A stretch of 64,000 bases of DNA from Alphaproteobacteria bacterium (GCA_965246895.1 OZ251993.1:256490-320489); one strand, 5' to 3'. Shown: positions 27,609 through 38,270, counted from the stretch's first letter. Numbers and translations: made by a program. The notes: generated by a model not told the origin, from the sequence alone.

Positions 27609-29915
27609 ATGAGCACGATCAAAACGACCGACCAAGAAGCCCTCGATTTTCATATCGGCAAGGGGATGGGGCCCGGGGCCATGGGCCGCCCCGGCAAGAT
27701 CGAGATCGTGCCGACCAAGCCGATGAATACGCAGCGCGATCTCTCGCTCGCTTATTCGCCAGGCGTTGCCATTCCTTGTTTGGAGATCGAGAAAAATCCG
27801 GCTGCGGCTTACGATTACACCTCGAAGGGGAATCTCGTGGCTGTCATTTCAAACGGCACGGCAGTGCTGGGGCTGGGCGATCTGGGCGCGCTGGCTTCAA
27901 AGCCGGTCATGGAAGGCAAGGCGGTACTCTTCAAGCGCTTTGCTGATGTGGATTCTATTGATATCGAACTCGATACGCGCGATGTCGACGCTTTCTGCAA
28001 TGCCGTGCGGCTGATGGAGCCTTCGTTTGGCGGCATCAATTTGGAGGATATCAAAGCACCGGACTGCTTCGTGATCGAGCAGCGGCTGCGCGAAGAAATG
28101 AATATCCCCGTCTTCCATGATGATCAACACGGCACGGCGATCATCGCCGCTGCGGCGCTCATCAATGCTTGCCATTTGACGGGCCGCGAGATCAAAGACG
28201 TGAAGATGGTAGTGAACGGCGCAGGGGCTTCCGCGATCGCTTGCGTTGAATTGTTCAAGGCGCTGGGCGTGCCGCACGAGAGTGTGATCATGTGCGATAC
28301 CAAAGGTGTCATTTATCAGGGCCGCCAGGAAGGCATGAACCAGTGGAAATCGGCGCATGCTGTGCCGACCGATTCGCGCACACTTACTGAAGCCGCACGC
28401 GGCGCAGATGTACTAGTCGGCCTGTCACAGAAAGGCGCCTTCACAGCTGAGATGGTGAAGGGCCTAGCGAAATCGCCGATCATCATGGCGATGGCCAACC
28501 CAGACCCAGAAGTGACGCCGGAAGAGGTTCAGGCTGTGCGGGATGATGCCATCGTCGCAACGGGCCGTAGCGATTATCCGAACCAGGCGAATAACGTGCT
28601 TGGCTTCCCGTTCATCTTCCGCGGGGCGTTGGATGTGCGTGCTTCCACCATCAACGAGGCGATGAAGCTGGCCGCGGCGCATGCCATCGCCCGGTTGGCC
28701 CGCGAACGCGTGCCGGAGGAGGTCGCCGCTGCCTATACCGGCCGCCGCCTTTCTTATGGGCGTGACTATGTAATCCCGACGCCGTTCGACCCGCGCTTGA
28801 TCGTTGAGATCCCATCGGCAGTAGCCAAGGCTGCGATGGAGTCGGGCGTGGCGCAAAAGCCGATCGAGGATTTCGACGCTTACCGCCGCCAGCTGCGGGC
28901 ACGCATCGACCCGACCGCAGGCGCATTAGAGCGCATCGCCGAGGCTGTACAGCGCAACCCCCGTCGCGTCGTCTTTGCCGAGGGCGAGGAAGAGCAGACC
29001 GTACGCGCCGCGCTGGCGTTCCAGGCGGCAGGCTATGGCACGGCTGTGCTGATCGGGCGTGAGGAGGCGGTGCGCGAGCAGTTGCGTGCTGCCGGCGCGG
29101 AAGACCGCGAGAAGAGCGGCGAGATCGAGATCATGAATGCGAAACTGTTGGGCGAAGACGGCACGGTGAGCCTTGCCACGCAACTGTTTGACCGGCACAG
29201 CCGTCATGGCATGCTGCAACGTGATGCGCAGCGGATGGTCAATCAAAACCGCAATGTCTTCGGCTCATTGCTGGTGGTGAATGGGCAAGCCGACGCGCTG
29301 GTGACAGGTCTCACGCGTAATTTCCGCATCTGCTTCGACGATATTCGCAGAGCCATACCATCCAGCGGCGCGGCGCGAGTGTTTGGCGTTTCGCTGATCA
29401 TTAGTCGGGGACGGGCGTTGTTCATTGCTGACACTGCGGTTAATTCGCAGCCGACACCACAGCAGTTGACGGAAATTACCTGCGCTACAGCCAAGCTGGC
29501 GCGCGCCATGGGGCATGAGCCGCGCGCGGCGCTCGTCTCTTATGCGAGCTTCGGGCAAAGCGGGCGCGAAAGCGCAAGTAAGCTGCGCGATACCATGAAA
29601 GTTCTTGAGTCTGCGCCCCGCGATTTCGAGTTCGAGGGCGAGATGACGGCGGACCTCGCCATTGATCACGAGCTACTGATGAAAAACTACCCGTTCGCGC
29701 GTCTCACGGGGCCAGCGAACATCCTCATCATGCCATCGCTTTCGGCAGCCAATATCAGCGCCAAGCTGTTGCGGAAAATGGGTAGCGACAGCGTGATCAG
29801 CCCGATCCTATTGGGTCTTGATAAACCAGTGCAGATTCTGCCGTTGGGTGCAGGCGTGAATGATATTGTGACGGCGGCTTTGATGGCGGCCTGGCAGTCT
29901 TTGCAGGCCGCTTAG
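27609..29915 (+). CDS. maeB: NADP-dependent malic enzyme (malic enzyme domain plus PTA-like domain)
   Basis: 768 aa. Malic enzyme N-terminal and NAD(P)-binding region followed by a C-terminal phosphotransacetylase-like domain. Confidence 0.95.
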   Translation: MSTIKTTDQEALDFHIGKGMGPGAMGRPGKIEIVPTKPMNTQRDLSLAYSPGVAIPCLEIEKNPAAAYDYTSKGNLVAVISNGTAVLGLGDLGALASKPVMEGKAVLFKRFADVDSIDIELDTRDVDAFCNAVRLMEPSFGGINLEDIKAPDCFVIEQRLREEMNIPVFHDDQHGTAIIAAAALINACHLTGREIKDVKMVVNGAGASAIACVELFKALGVPHESVIMCDTKGVIYQGRQEGMNQWKSAHAVPTDSRTLTEAARGADVLVGLSQKGAFTAEMVKGLAKSPIIMAMANPDPEVTPEEVQAVRDDAIVATGRSDYPNQANNVLGFPFIFRGALDVRASTINEAMKLAAAHAIARLARERVPEEVAAAYTGRRLSYGRDYVIPTPFDPRLIVEIPSAVAKAAMESGVAQKPIEDFDAYRRQLRARIDPTAGALERIAEAVQRNPRRVVFAEGEEEQTVRAALAFQAAGYGTAVLIGREEAVREQLRAAGAEDREKSGEIEIMNAKLLGEDGTVSLATQLFDRHSRHGMLQRDAQRMVNQNRNVFGSLLVVNGQADALVTGLTRNFRICFDDIRRAIPSSGAARVFGVSLIISRGRALFIADTAVNSQPTPQQLTEITCATAKLARAMGHEPRAALVSYASFGQSGRESASKLRDTMKVLESAPRDFEFEGEMTADLAIDHELLMKNYPFARLTGPANILIMPSLSAANISAKLLRKMGSDSVISPILLGLDKPVQILPLGAGVNDIVTAALMAAWQSLQAA

Positions 29916-30038
29916 GCTGGCGTCCTATCGCCCGTTCGCTGTGCGCCCGTGCTCATGGACTTAATGTCCACTCCGCGCGGGTGCTCGCGAGTCGAACAAT
30001 AATCCGCTCAGCCTAACGACCTTAATGATAGTTGAGTG

Positions 30039-30488
30039 TTATTTACCCGTACTCCCAAATCCGCTTTCGCCGCGGTTGGTTTCGGGCAGAGCATCGAGTT
30101 CCATAAGGTGCGCATGCGCGTAAGGCGCGATTAGAAATTGGGCGATGCGGTCGCCGCGCTTGATCGTGAAGGGTTCTTGCCCGTGATTGATCAGCATGAC
30201 CTTGATCTCACCGCGGTAGTCGCTATCGATCATGCCGCCGAGGATGGCAATGCCGTGCTTGAAGGCAAGGCCGCTGCGGCCCCAGATCTGTCCGTGATAG
30301 CCATCGGGGATGGCAAAGCACATGCCGGTCGGCACGCCGGTATGCATGCCTGGTTGTAAAACAAGATCGCCATCAATCGCAGCGATCAGGTCGATGCAAG
30401 CGGCGCTGTCTGTTTGATAGGCTGGTAGCGGCAGGCCTTCCGCATGCGGTAGGCGCTTAACGGGTAGCGGCAGCATTGCGCTTGTCAT
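30039..30488 (-). CDS. dut: dUTP diphosphatase
   Basis: dUTPase motifs (AACIDLIAA ... [11 protein letters not shown] ... [11 protein letters not shown] ... RIAQ). Start taken at [12 protein letters not shown] overlap with the upstream gene. Confidence 0.9.
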   Translation of the reverse strand: MTSAMLPLPVKRLPHAEGLPLPAYQTDSAACIDLIAAIDGDLVLQPGMHTGVPTGMCFAIPDGYHGQIWGRSGLAFKHGIAILGGMIDSDYRGEIKVMLINHGQEPFTIKRGDRIAQFLIAPYAHAHLMELDALPETNRGESGFGSTGK

Positions 30489-31033
30489 CGGATAGTCTCC
30501 GTCTCGTAAGCGCCGTAGAAGGTGCCTTTTGGCATATAACCTTTGACATCGGCGGCTTTGAATTTCACTTCGCACCAGGCATTTTCACAACCGATCAGCT
30601 CGCCCTGCGCGCCGGGCTGCACGCGGGCGACAATCGCCGCCTGGCTATTTGCGCTTTTATAGATCGGCTGTTGCACGTCCGGCTTGCCCAACACAATGAT
30701 ACTACGGCGTCCCGCCAGCATCGATTGATGCACCCAGCCTTCCGCGCCGTCGATATCGCGGATGCGGCGCCAGGTATCGTATTCAGCGGTGATTTCAACC
30801 GGCAGGCTTTCACGGTGATAGACCCATTCAATCGGGTAGCGCACGCCAGGGCCGGTGCGCAGATTGATCTCGCCAGTGCGCAAGGAAACGAAACGGGGGA
30901 TCGGCAAGCCGCTGGGATTAGGAACAGCCGCGCCGGTAGCAGGGGCATCCGTGGCAGGCTCTTGCGCGACAGCCGGCATGGCCAGCAGAATGAAAAGCAA
31001 AGCAAGAAAACGAGCAATGGAACAAAAAGCCAT
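30485..31033 (-). CDS. Secreted SH3b-domain protein
   Basis: Signal peptide ([25 protein letters not shown]) and a bacterial SH3-like segment ([17 protein letters not shown]...[19 protein letters not shown]). Operonic with dut. Confidence 0.6.
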   Translation of the reverse strand: MAFCSIARFLALLFILLAMPAVAQEPATDAPATGAAVPNPSGLPIPRFVSLRTGEINLRTGPGVRYPIEWVYHRESLPVEITAEYDTWRRIRDIDGAEGWVHQSMLAGRRSIIVLGKPDVQQPIYKSANSQAAIVARVQPGAQGELIGCENAWCEVKFKAADVKGYMPKGTFYGAYETETIR

Positions 31034-31151
31034 TCCGGCACGGTACGGAACGCGGCTCGCAGGGTCAAGCGCAAGCCGCGACTTGCCCACAATCTTGTTT
31101 AACGCGCTGCCCTTTGGTTGCGCTAAGGCTTCGAAGTCGGCAGGATGTAGC

Positions 31152-32852
31152 ATGCGTCTTTGGCTTATGCTTAGTTTGCTTTTTATCACTACATCAGCGT
31201 GGGCGGCTGACAGTATCGCCATGTACGGTAACCCGAAATATGGGCCTGGCTTTACACAGTTCGATTATGTCAATCCTAGCGCACCCAAAGGGGGCACGTT
31301 CCGGTCTGCTCAGGTCGGTACATTTGACACGCTGAATCCATTCAATATCAAGGGCACACCGCCGCCGGAAAGCGGCTATTCCAAGCTGGTATTTGAAAGC
31401 CTGCTGTATCGCAGTGCAGATGAACCATTCTCGCTCTATCCATGGTTGTCGCAAAGCGTGGAACTGCCGGATGATCGCAGTGCGATTACCTTCCACCTAA
31501 ACCCCGCCGCGCGTTGGGCGGACGGACAGCCGGTAACGGTAGACGATGTGTTGTTCAGCTGGGAGACGCTGAAGGCCAAGGGCCGCCCCAACATGCGCAG
31601 CTATTATGGACGCGTTGCCAAGGCAGAAATTAAAGATGACGTCATCAAATTTACGTTTCAGCCGAAGGAGGATGGCCCCAGTGGGACTACGTTCGATCGT
31701 GAACTGCCATTGATTATCGGGCTGATGCCGATCCTGCCAAAGCATGATTGGCAGGGTAAGGTTTTCGATCAAACGACGCTGACGCCGCCGCTGGGTAGCG
31801 GCGCTTATCGCGTGGAAAGCGTTGACCAAGGGCGTAAATTGGTACTATCGCGCAGAACCGATTATTGGGGGCGTGATTTGCCTGTGATGCGCGGCATGAT
31901 GAATTTTGATCGCATCGTGCTAGATTATTATCGTGATGAAACCGTGGCCCGTACGGCGATATTATCTGGCGCGGCCGAATTCAAGACTGAAAGTGATCTG
32001 CTGCAGATGCAGCGGGCGTATAAGGGCAAGAAAGACGCGGTGGTGACCGAGGCGGTGCCGCATCACCGGCCTGAGCCGTATCGCGGTTTTGTTTTCAATA
32101 CGCGCCGCGCGCCGTTCGACGATCTTGATTTGCGAAAAGCTTTGGCAGCAGCCAGCGATTTCCCGCAACTGAACCGCACTCTTTATGGCGGGCAGCTCAA
32201 GCGCAGCCTGTCGAGTTTCGCCAATAGCGATCTTGCTGCGCGCGGCGCGGAGGATGCGACCGTGGCACCGGCGGTATTCCGCGCGCGCCTGAAGACGGCA
32301 ATCGACGTGCTGCTGGCGAAAGGCTATCGCTATGACGATCAGCAGTTGGTGACAAAAGTCGGCAAGCCAGTCGTATTCGAGATTCTGCTGACAGATAGCA
32401 ATGACGAAAAGCTGGCGCTGGGCTGGGTGCGGCAGTTGGCGGCGATTGGGGTGACCGCACGCGTGCGTACAGTCGATAGCGCGCAATTCACGGCCCGGCT
32501 AAACGACTTCGATTATGACGTGATCGTCTATCGCTGGATCAATAGCCTTTCGCCGGGAAACGAGCAGGCGCTCTATTGGGGCAGCGCCGCCGCCGAGACG
32601 AAAGGCAGCCGCAATTATGCGGGCGTGGGCGATAGCGCGATTGACGCCGCCATCGATGGCTTGCGGCAGGCACGGGATTACGGGCAGCTTACTAGCGCAG
32701 CAAAAACGCTCGACCAGCGGCTGATCGACGGCAGTTATGTAATTCCGCTCTTCTACAATGGTGCAGACCTGATCGCGCATAGCGTACATATCAAACGACC
32801 GGAGATTGTGCCGCTGACGGGCTATGACCTGCGCACATTTTGGTGGGAATAA
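31152..32852 (+). CDS. ABC transporter periplasmic substrate-binding protein, family 5 (YejA/oligopeptide-binding-like)
   Basis: Signal peptide MRLWLMLSLLFITTSAWAADS, SBP_bac_5-like length and motifs. The ORF-table start at 30855 overlaps the divergent gene and is rejected. Confidence 0.85.
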   Translation: MRLWLMLSLLFITTSAWAADSIAMYGNPKYGPGFTQFDYVNPSAPKGGTFRSAQVGTFDTLNPFNIKGTPPPESGYSKLVFESLLYRSADEPFSLYPWLSQSVELPDDRSAITFHLNPAARWADGQPVTVDDVLFSWETLKAKGRPNMRSYYGRVAKAEIKDDVIKFTFQPKEDGPSGTTFDRELPLIIGLMPILPKHDWQGKVFDQTTLTPPLGSGAYRVESVDQGRKLVLSRRTDYWGRDLPVMRGMMNFDRIVLDYYRDETVARTAILSGAAEFKTESDLLQMQRAYKGKKDAVVTEAVPHHRPEPYRGFVFNTRRAPFDDLDLRKALAAASDFPQLNRTLYGGQLKRSLSSFANSDLAARGAEDATVAPAVFRARLKTAIDVLLAKGYRYDDQQLVTKVGKPVVFEILLTDSNDEKLALGWVRQLAAIGVTARVRTVDSAQFTARLNDFDYDVIVYRWINSLSPGNEQALYWGSAAAETKGSRNYAGVGDSAIDAAIDGLRQARDYGQLTSAAKTLDQRLIDGSYVIPLFYNGADLIAHSVHIKRPEIVPLTGYDLRTFWWE

Positions 32853-32910
32853 AAAAGCTTTTGCTATGCTGTGAATCGCTTATCATTTCGATATAATATC
32901 GGAGATCGAG

Positions 32911-33261
32911 ATGCGGACTTTGGCCAGTTCAAAATTTATGCAGTCGATGGAAGGTAATCCTGGCTGGAACGATTTCATGGGTGGTTTAGCCTTCGCTGAT
33001 GCACGCAAGTCCGTTCGATCAGGAGTGGTGCTGGCGGCTATTTCTGGTGCCACTTGCGTGACATCTAGAAATATTTTCTTGCGCGGTCTGGCTATAGGCA
33101 TTGGCGTTGGTGGATTTCTCGCGGCTGCCAAGCAGGCGAACGATGGCGTTAAATTGAAGCGCGGGGCCGCTAAGATAAGAAAGGCTATTGGGCAAAGACC
33201 AGAACCGATCTTGCCGAAACCGCCTAAAGTTATGACGACTAACGCCGACGCAAAACCTTAG
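32911..33261 (+). CDS. Hypothetical small protein with a Gly-zipper segment
   Basis: 116 aa in a locally lower-GC stretch. A tataat -10-like box lies at 32894-32899, with a GGAGA SD. The ORF converges on the rpoH stop. Confidence 0.4.
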   Translation: MRTLASSKFMQSMEGNPGWNDFMGGLAFADARKSVRSGVVLAAISGATCVTSRNIFLRGLAIGIGVGGFLAAAKQANDGVKLKRGAAKIRKAIGQRPEPILPKPPKVMTTNADAKP

Positions 33262-33263
33262 CT

Positions 33264-34199
33264 CTAGCCCTTTGCCAGTGCCGGACGCTTGTCCGCCGTG
33301 ATCTGCGCGGCGGCTTGCTTGGCAATCACGCCGCGGATTTTTTCAAATGCGCGGTTCTCGATCTGGCGCACGCGTTCGCGGCTGATCTTGTAATGCTGGG
33401 ATAAATCTTCGAGGGTTGAGGGTGGCTCGCGCAGTCGCCGCTCGGCCAGAATATGCCGCTCGCGCGGGTTCAAGCTCTCCATCGCGCCGCGGAACATCGC
33501 TTGCCGCTGCTTGTGCTCTTCGTGATCGCCAACCTTGGATTCTTGATCGGCACTATCGTCTTGCAGCCAGTCCTGCCACTCGGACGTTGACCCATCGTCG
33601 CTGCCGCCGCGCGGCGCGTTCAGCGAGTTATCAGGCCCGCCCAAGCGGCGGTTCATGGAGATGACTTCATGCTCCGGCACGGCCAGACGCGTTGCGACAT
33701 CTTTCACTTGCGCAGGTGTGAGGTCGGTATCTTCGTATTCTTTCAGCTCGTTCTTGATGCGGCGCAGGTTGAAGAACAGTTTTTTCTGCGCGGCGGTGGT
33801 GCCGATCTTCACCAGGCTCCAAGACTTCAAGACATATTCCTGAATGGCCGCTTTGATCCACCACATGGCGTAGGTGGAAAGGCGGAAGCCGCGATCCGGC
33901 TCGAATTTGCGCACGGCCTGCATCATGCCCATATTGCCTTCGGCAATCAGGTCTGCAACCGGCAAGCCATAGCCGCGGTAGCCCATCGCGATTTTGGCCA
34001 CCAGCCGAAGGTGTGAGGTGACGAGAATTTGCACAGCGTCGCGGTCGCCCTCTTCGCGCCATTGCTTGGCCAGCTTGAATTCCTGCTCTGGCTCAAGGAT
34101 CGGGAACTTGCGGATTTCAGCCAAATACTGGCTTAGCCCCGTATCGCTACTGAGGCTCGGAAACTTCGTCGAAGCGGGGAGGTTTTTTGAAAAAGCCAT
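33264..34199 (-). CDS. rpoH: RNA polymerase sigma-32 factor
   Basis: Sigma-70 regions 2 and 4 plus the RpoH box (QKKLFFNLRRIK). Confidence 0.95.
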   Translation of the reverse strand: MAFSKNLPASTKFPSLSSDTGLSQYLAEIRKFPILEPEQEFKLAKQWREEGDRDAVQILVTSHLRLVAKIAMGYRGYGLPVADLIAEGNMGMMQAVRKFEPDRGFRLSTYAMWWIKAAIQEYVLKSWSLVKIGTTAAQKKLFFNLRRIKNELKEYEDTDLTPAQVKDVATRLAVPEHEVISMNRRLGGPDNSLNAPRGGSDDGSTSEWQDWLQDDSADQESKVGDHEEHKQRQAMFRGAMESLNPRERHILAERRLREPPSTLEDLSQHYKISRERVRQIENRAFEKIRGVIAKQAAAQITADKRPALAKG

Positions 34200-34253
34200 G
34201 AGTCTTTTATACTAGGGGTTTCAAAGCCCAATTTTCAAGCTTTTGGTCAAGCT

Positions 34254-35258
34254 TTATGCGAGCGATTTGATCAATTCGGCCATATCGTTTGGCAAATCTG
34301 CGTAAAATTCCAATGCTTTGCCCGTTTTAGGGTGCTTAAACCGCAGTTTTGCAGCATGTAAGGCCTGCCGCGGGAAGTAACGCAGGTCTTTTGGCACATT
34401 TACTTGGCGTTTCTTGCCATACAGCAGGTCGCCGACAATTGGATAACCAAGATGCAGCATATGCACGCGGATCTGGTGGGTGCGTCCGGTTTCCAGGCGA
34501 CAGCGTACCAGCGTGGCCTCCATCCTGTAATTGGCTTCGCGAGTGATGTGCGTGACGGCATGGCGGCCGTTCAATTGCCCATCCGGACCTTCGACTACCA
34601 CAGCCATTTTTTGGCGGTGGTCGGGATCGCGGCCAATCGGCGCATCGACGGTGGCGCTGGCCGGGGCAAGGCCAAGGACGAGCGCCAAATACTCGCGTGA
34701 CAGCTCGCGGCTGCCGTCCCCAATGGGATTAGAGCCGGCAGCGAATTGCGCAGACAATTTCTGGTGCGCAGCATCGTTTTTGGCGACTACCATCAGCCCG
34801 CTGGTATCTTTATCGAGTCGGTGCACGATGCCGGGACGCTTCACCCCGCCGATGCCGGAGAGGCTATCACCGCAGTGCGCCAGCAAGGCATTGACCAGCG
34901 TGCCATCGTGATTGCCGGCAGCGGGATGAACGACCAGCCCTGCCGGCTTGTTGATCACCATTAGATCAGTATCTTCGTAGACAACATCGAGCGGGATGGA
35001 CTGTGCGAGCGGCGTGGCGTCGATGGCCGGCAGCACAACAATGCTGTATGTCTCATTGGCTTTCACGGCGGTATTGGCTTTGGCGACCGGATTGCCTTTT
35101 ATGCTAACCGTGCCGCCCGCGATCAGGCTCTGAATGCGCGCACGCGATAGCGCGGCCTCTGGATGGCTTTGCGCCAGTGCCGCAGCTAGCACGGCATCCA
35201 GCCGCTGTCCGGCCTGTTCAGGCGTTATGGTAACGGTGTAATTTGTTGTCGGGCTCAT
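34254..35258 (-). CDS. rluD: 23S rRNA pseudouridine synthase, RluA/RluD family
   Basis: S4 domain at the N-terminus, then the catalytic HRLDKDTSG motif. It lies upstream of rpoH, as is common in alphaproteobacteria. Confidence 0.88.
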   Translation of the reverse strand: MSPTTNYTVTITPEQAGQRLDAVLAAALAQSHPEAALSRARIQSLIAGGTVSIKGNPVAKANTAVKANETYSIVVLPAIDATPLAQSIPLDVVYEDTDLMVINKPAGLVVHPAAGNHDGTLVNALLAHCGDSLSGIGGVKRPGIVHRLDKDTSGLMVVAKNDAAHQKLSAQFAAGSNPIGDGSRELSREYLALVLGLAPASATVDAPIGRDPDHRQKMAVVVEGPDGQLNGRHAVTHITREANYRMEATLVRCRLETGRTHQIRVHMLHLGYPIVGDLLYGKKRQVNVPKDLRYFPRQALHAAKLRFKHPKTGKALEFYADLPNDMAELIKSLA

Positions 35259-35280
35259 GCAGGCAAGCTAGGGTAATGCC

Positions 35281-36501
35281 ATGACGAATACCATCAAATA
35301 TGACGCGGAAACGCTGGCGCGGCTCGCCGCCGGGGTTGAGATCATTAATCCCAAGGGCGGCTTGAAAGAAAAGCTGGCGCTGGCCGAAAAGGAAAAGCGT
35401 CCGCTGCGCGTCAAGCTCGGTGCTGATCCAACCGCGCCTGACCTGCACCTGGGTCATGCGGTTGTGCTGAAAAAGCTGAAACAGTTTCAGGATGCCGGGC
35501 ACCAGATCGTTTTTATCATCGGCGACGGCACGACCTTGATCGGTGATCCGTCCGGACGGAATTCCACGCGACCGCCGCTGACGCCCGATGAAATCAAGCA
35601 GAATGCTGAAACCTATTTTGGCCAGGTCGGCAAGGTACTCGACCTTGCGAAAACCGAAGTGCGGTATAATGCTGAATGGCTGGGCAAGTTAGGCTTCGCC
35701 GATATGATTAAACTGGCGGGGCAAGCGACCGTGGCGCAATTATTGACGCGTGAGGATTTTGCTAACCGCATGCGCGACGAAGTGCCCGTCTCGCTGCATG
35801 AATTGCTGTATCCGCTGGTGCAGGCTTACGACAGTGTTGCGATCAAAGCCGATATCGAATTTGGCGGCACCGACCAACTCTTCAACAATATGATGGGCCG
35901 GCATTTGCAGGAACGCATGGGCCAGCCGGGGCAGATCGTCATGTGCATGCATCTGCTGCGCGGACTTGATGGCACCGATAAAATGTCGAAGTCTAAGCAT
36001 AATTATATCGGCATTACCGAAGCGCCGGAGGCGATGTACGGCAAGGCCATGTCGATCCCCGATGCGTTATTGGAAGAATGGGCCACCCTCACAACCGACT
36101 GGCACGATAATGAGCGGAAAAGCGCTCTAGCGCTGATTGCTGAAAATCCGATGGAAGCGAAAAAGCTGATCGCCCATAATATCACAACACAATATTGCGG
36201 TGTCGCAGGTGCGGAAGCGGGCGCACAGCACTTTTATCAGAATGTGCAGAACCGCGACGTGCTGAGCAAGGATTATGAAACGAAGACGTTGGCTAATTTG
36301 GGCGTTACTGTCGACGGTCTGACACTACTCTCATTGTGCAAAGCCTTGGCGCCCGATCAAAGCAATGGAGAGTTACGGCGGCTGATTCAAGGTGGCGGCG
36401 TGGCGCTAGATGGTGAAAAAGCCAGCGACTCGGCGCAGCCTGTGCACCCACCGGTTAAGTTGAAACTGGGCAAGCGTGGATTTTATGAGGTGACCGAATA
36501 A
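35281..36501 (+). CDS. tyrS: Tyrosine--tRNA ligase
   Basis: HIGH-type motif (PDLHLGHAVV), KMSKS, and a C-terminal S4-like domain. Confidence 0.95.
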   Translation: MTNTIKYDAETLARLAAGVEIINPKGGLKEKLALAEKEKRPLRVKLGADPTAPDLHLGHAVVLKKLKQFQDAGHQIVFIIGDGTTLIGDPSGRNSTRPPLTPDEIKQNAETYFGQVGKVLDLAKTEVRYNAEWLGKLGFADMIKLAGQATVAQLLTREDFANRMRDEVPVSLHELLYPLVQAYDSVAIKADIEFGGTDQLFNNMMGRHLQERMGQPGQIVMCMHLLRGLDGTDKMSKSKHNYIGITEAPEAMYGKAMSIPDALLEEWATLTTDWHDNERKSALALIAENPMEAKKLIAHNITTQYCGVAGAEAGAQHFYQNVQNRDVLSKDYETKTLANLGVTVDGLTLLSLCKALAPDQSNGELRRLIQGGGVALDGEKASDSAQPVHPPVKLKLGKRGFYEVTE

Positions 36502-37505
36502 TGAAAAGATTTCTCCTGTTGGCACTGCTATTCACCGGCTCCGCGCAAGCCGCCGCGATCGAGCATGGGATTGATACGCCTTACGTAGCACCAGCCATCA
36601 CCGGTATTGCGAGCTGGGTCAATAGCGAACCACTGACCAACGAAAGCCTGCGCGGCAAGGTCGTGCTGATCGATTTCTGGACTTATTCCTGCATCAATTG
36701 CATTCGCACGCTGCCGCATTTGAAGGAGTGGGATGCAAAATATCGTGATAAAGGGTTGGTGATTATCGGCGTGCATTCGCCGGAGTTTGATTTCGAGCGT
36801 GATCCAAAGAATGTAGCGCAGGCGGTGAAACGGTTCGGCATCACCTATCCGGTCGCGCTCGATAGCCAGATGAAAACCTGGAACGCGTTTAAGAATAATT
36901 ATTGGCCGGCACATTACCTGATCGATCGCAATGGTCAGGTCGTCTATACGCATTTTGGCGAGGGCGAATATGATGTGACAGAGCGCAATATTCAGACATT
37001 GCTGGGCGCGGGCGGCAAGATTGAGACAAAAGCGGAAGCCGTTTCAACGCGCGACCAATCGCCAGAAACTTATTTGGGTACAACGCGCGCGACAAACTTT
37101 GGCAGCCCCGAAGGGTTTCCGGGCCCATTATCAGGCGACATGCGGGATTTCACATTTCCAACAAAACTAAAGCCGAATAACTGGGCGCTGTCGGGCCGTT
37201 GGGATGCCACGCCAGAGTTTGTGCGGCTTAATCAACCGGGTGGCGCGCTGCGCTATGCCTTCCGCGCTGGTAAAGTATTTCTAGTGATGGGTCCGGCCAC
37301 CGACGGCAAGCCGGTCAAAGTTGATGTGCTGCTGGATGGTAAGCCGGCAGGTGCGAATGCGGGCCATGATGGGGCGACCATTGCCGTCGATAGTGAGCGC
37401 TTGTATGAATTGCTCGACTTTCATGGTGAGGCCGCAAGTGGCATCTTGGAACTACGCCCGCAAACACCAGGCGTGCAGATCTACGCATTCACCTTCGGAC
37501 TTTAA
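36501..37505 (+). CDS. Secreted thioredoxin-fold protein (redoxin/TlpA-like with DipZ-C-like extension)
   Basis: Signal peptide and a WTYSCINC CxxC motif in a redoxin fold, with a roughly 150-aa C-terminal extension. Confidence 0.75.
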   Translation: MKRFLLLALLFTGSAQAAAIEHGIDTPYVAPAITGIASWVNSEPLTNESLRGKVVLIDFWTYSCINCIRTLPHLKEWDAKYRDKGLVIIGVHSPEFDFERDPKNVAQAVKRFGITYPVALDSQMKTWNAFKNNYWPAHYLIDRNGQVVYTHFGEGEYDVTERNIQTLLGAGGKIETKAEAVSTRDQSPETYLGTTRATNFGSPEGFPGPLSGDMRDFTFPTKLKPNNWALSGRWDATPEFVRLNQPGGALRYAFRAGKVFLVMGPATDGKPVKVDVLLDGKPAGANAGHDGATIAVDSERLYELLDFHGEAASGILELRPQTPGVQIYAFTFGL

Positions 37506-37510
37506 TCGGT

Positions 37511-38068
37511 TTAGTGCTGTTTGGCGGCGCGCGTGCGATCTTCACGCAGTTGAGTCATGATCTCGTCATAAAGACGCTGCGCCAGCACCGGGCCATATTT
37601 GGTTTCCAGCGCGTCGTAGCTAATTCCATCTTCATTCAGATCAACTGTTTGCTCGTTTGCAGGTTGCGGCAGCTTAGCCGTTAGTTGATAGGCAGGAATC
37701 CGCTGCGTGGTTTCATTGGCGCGGGCACGGAGACTTGCCATGGCTTGCATATCGCGCAACAGCAATTGGGTAAGACGATAGGTGGCCCAAACGCGACGGG
37801 TTTGCTTCATATAGGTTGGATGCAGAAGAACGACATTATCAATAGTGCGACCGCAGCGGGCGGCGCTGCGCCAAGCGCGGTATTCAGCAACTAATTTACG
37901 CATATCGGCCCGCAATTGAGCTTGGGTAGCATTGGCCAGGGTCAGCTGTACGCGCAACTCAGACATGAGCTGATCAGCGTCAGGCAGCATGGAAAGGGTG
38001 GTGCGGGCCGCATCCAAAACACCGTCATGGGTCATTTTAATCTCCATACTATAAGCCATGCGGTTCAT
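37511..38068 (-). CDS. Hypothetical protein (185 aa, predicted helical)
   Basis: ORF with slightly lowered GC that borders the low-GC island. No motif recognised. Confidence 0.45.
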   Translation of the reverse strand: MNRMAYSMEIKMTHDGVLDAARTTLSMLPDADQLMSELRVQLTLANATQAQLRADMRKLVAEYRAWRSAARCGRTIDNVVLLHPTYMKQTRRVWATYRLTQLLLRDMQAMASLRARANETTQRIPAYQLTAKLPQPANEQTVDLNEDGISYDALETKYGPVLAQRLYDEIMTQLREDRTRAAKQH

Positions 38069-38270
38069 CCTTAGTTCGAATTGACCCGCGTAATATCGCT
38101 ATTAAACCTTATCAAAAGGTTAATTTAAAGCCAAAAGAATGTTTTCATATCCTCTTGCGATCTTTTTTCTATCGTGATACGTATTAGGAATAGAAGCTGT
38201 GGAAAACAATAATCCTAGGCTTTTAAACCGCGAAGCCATTGATTTGGCTGATCCTGAGGGGGATTAACGA

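Noticed and set aside
30855-31151. Upstream extension of the substrate-binding protein ORF
   Set aside because: It overlaps the divergent SH3b gene and precedes the obvious signal peptide. The ATG at 31152 directly precedes the signal peptide.
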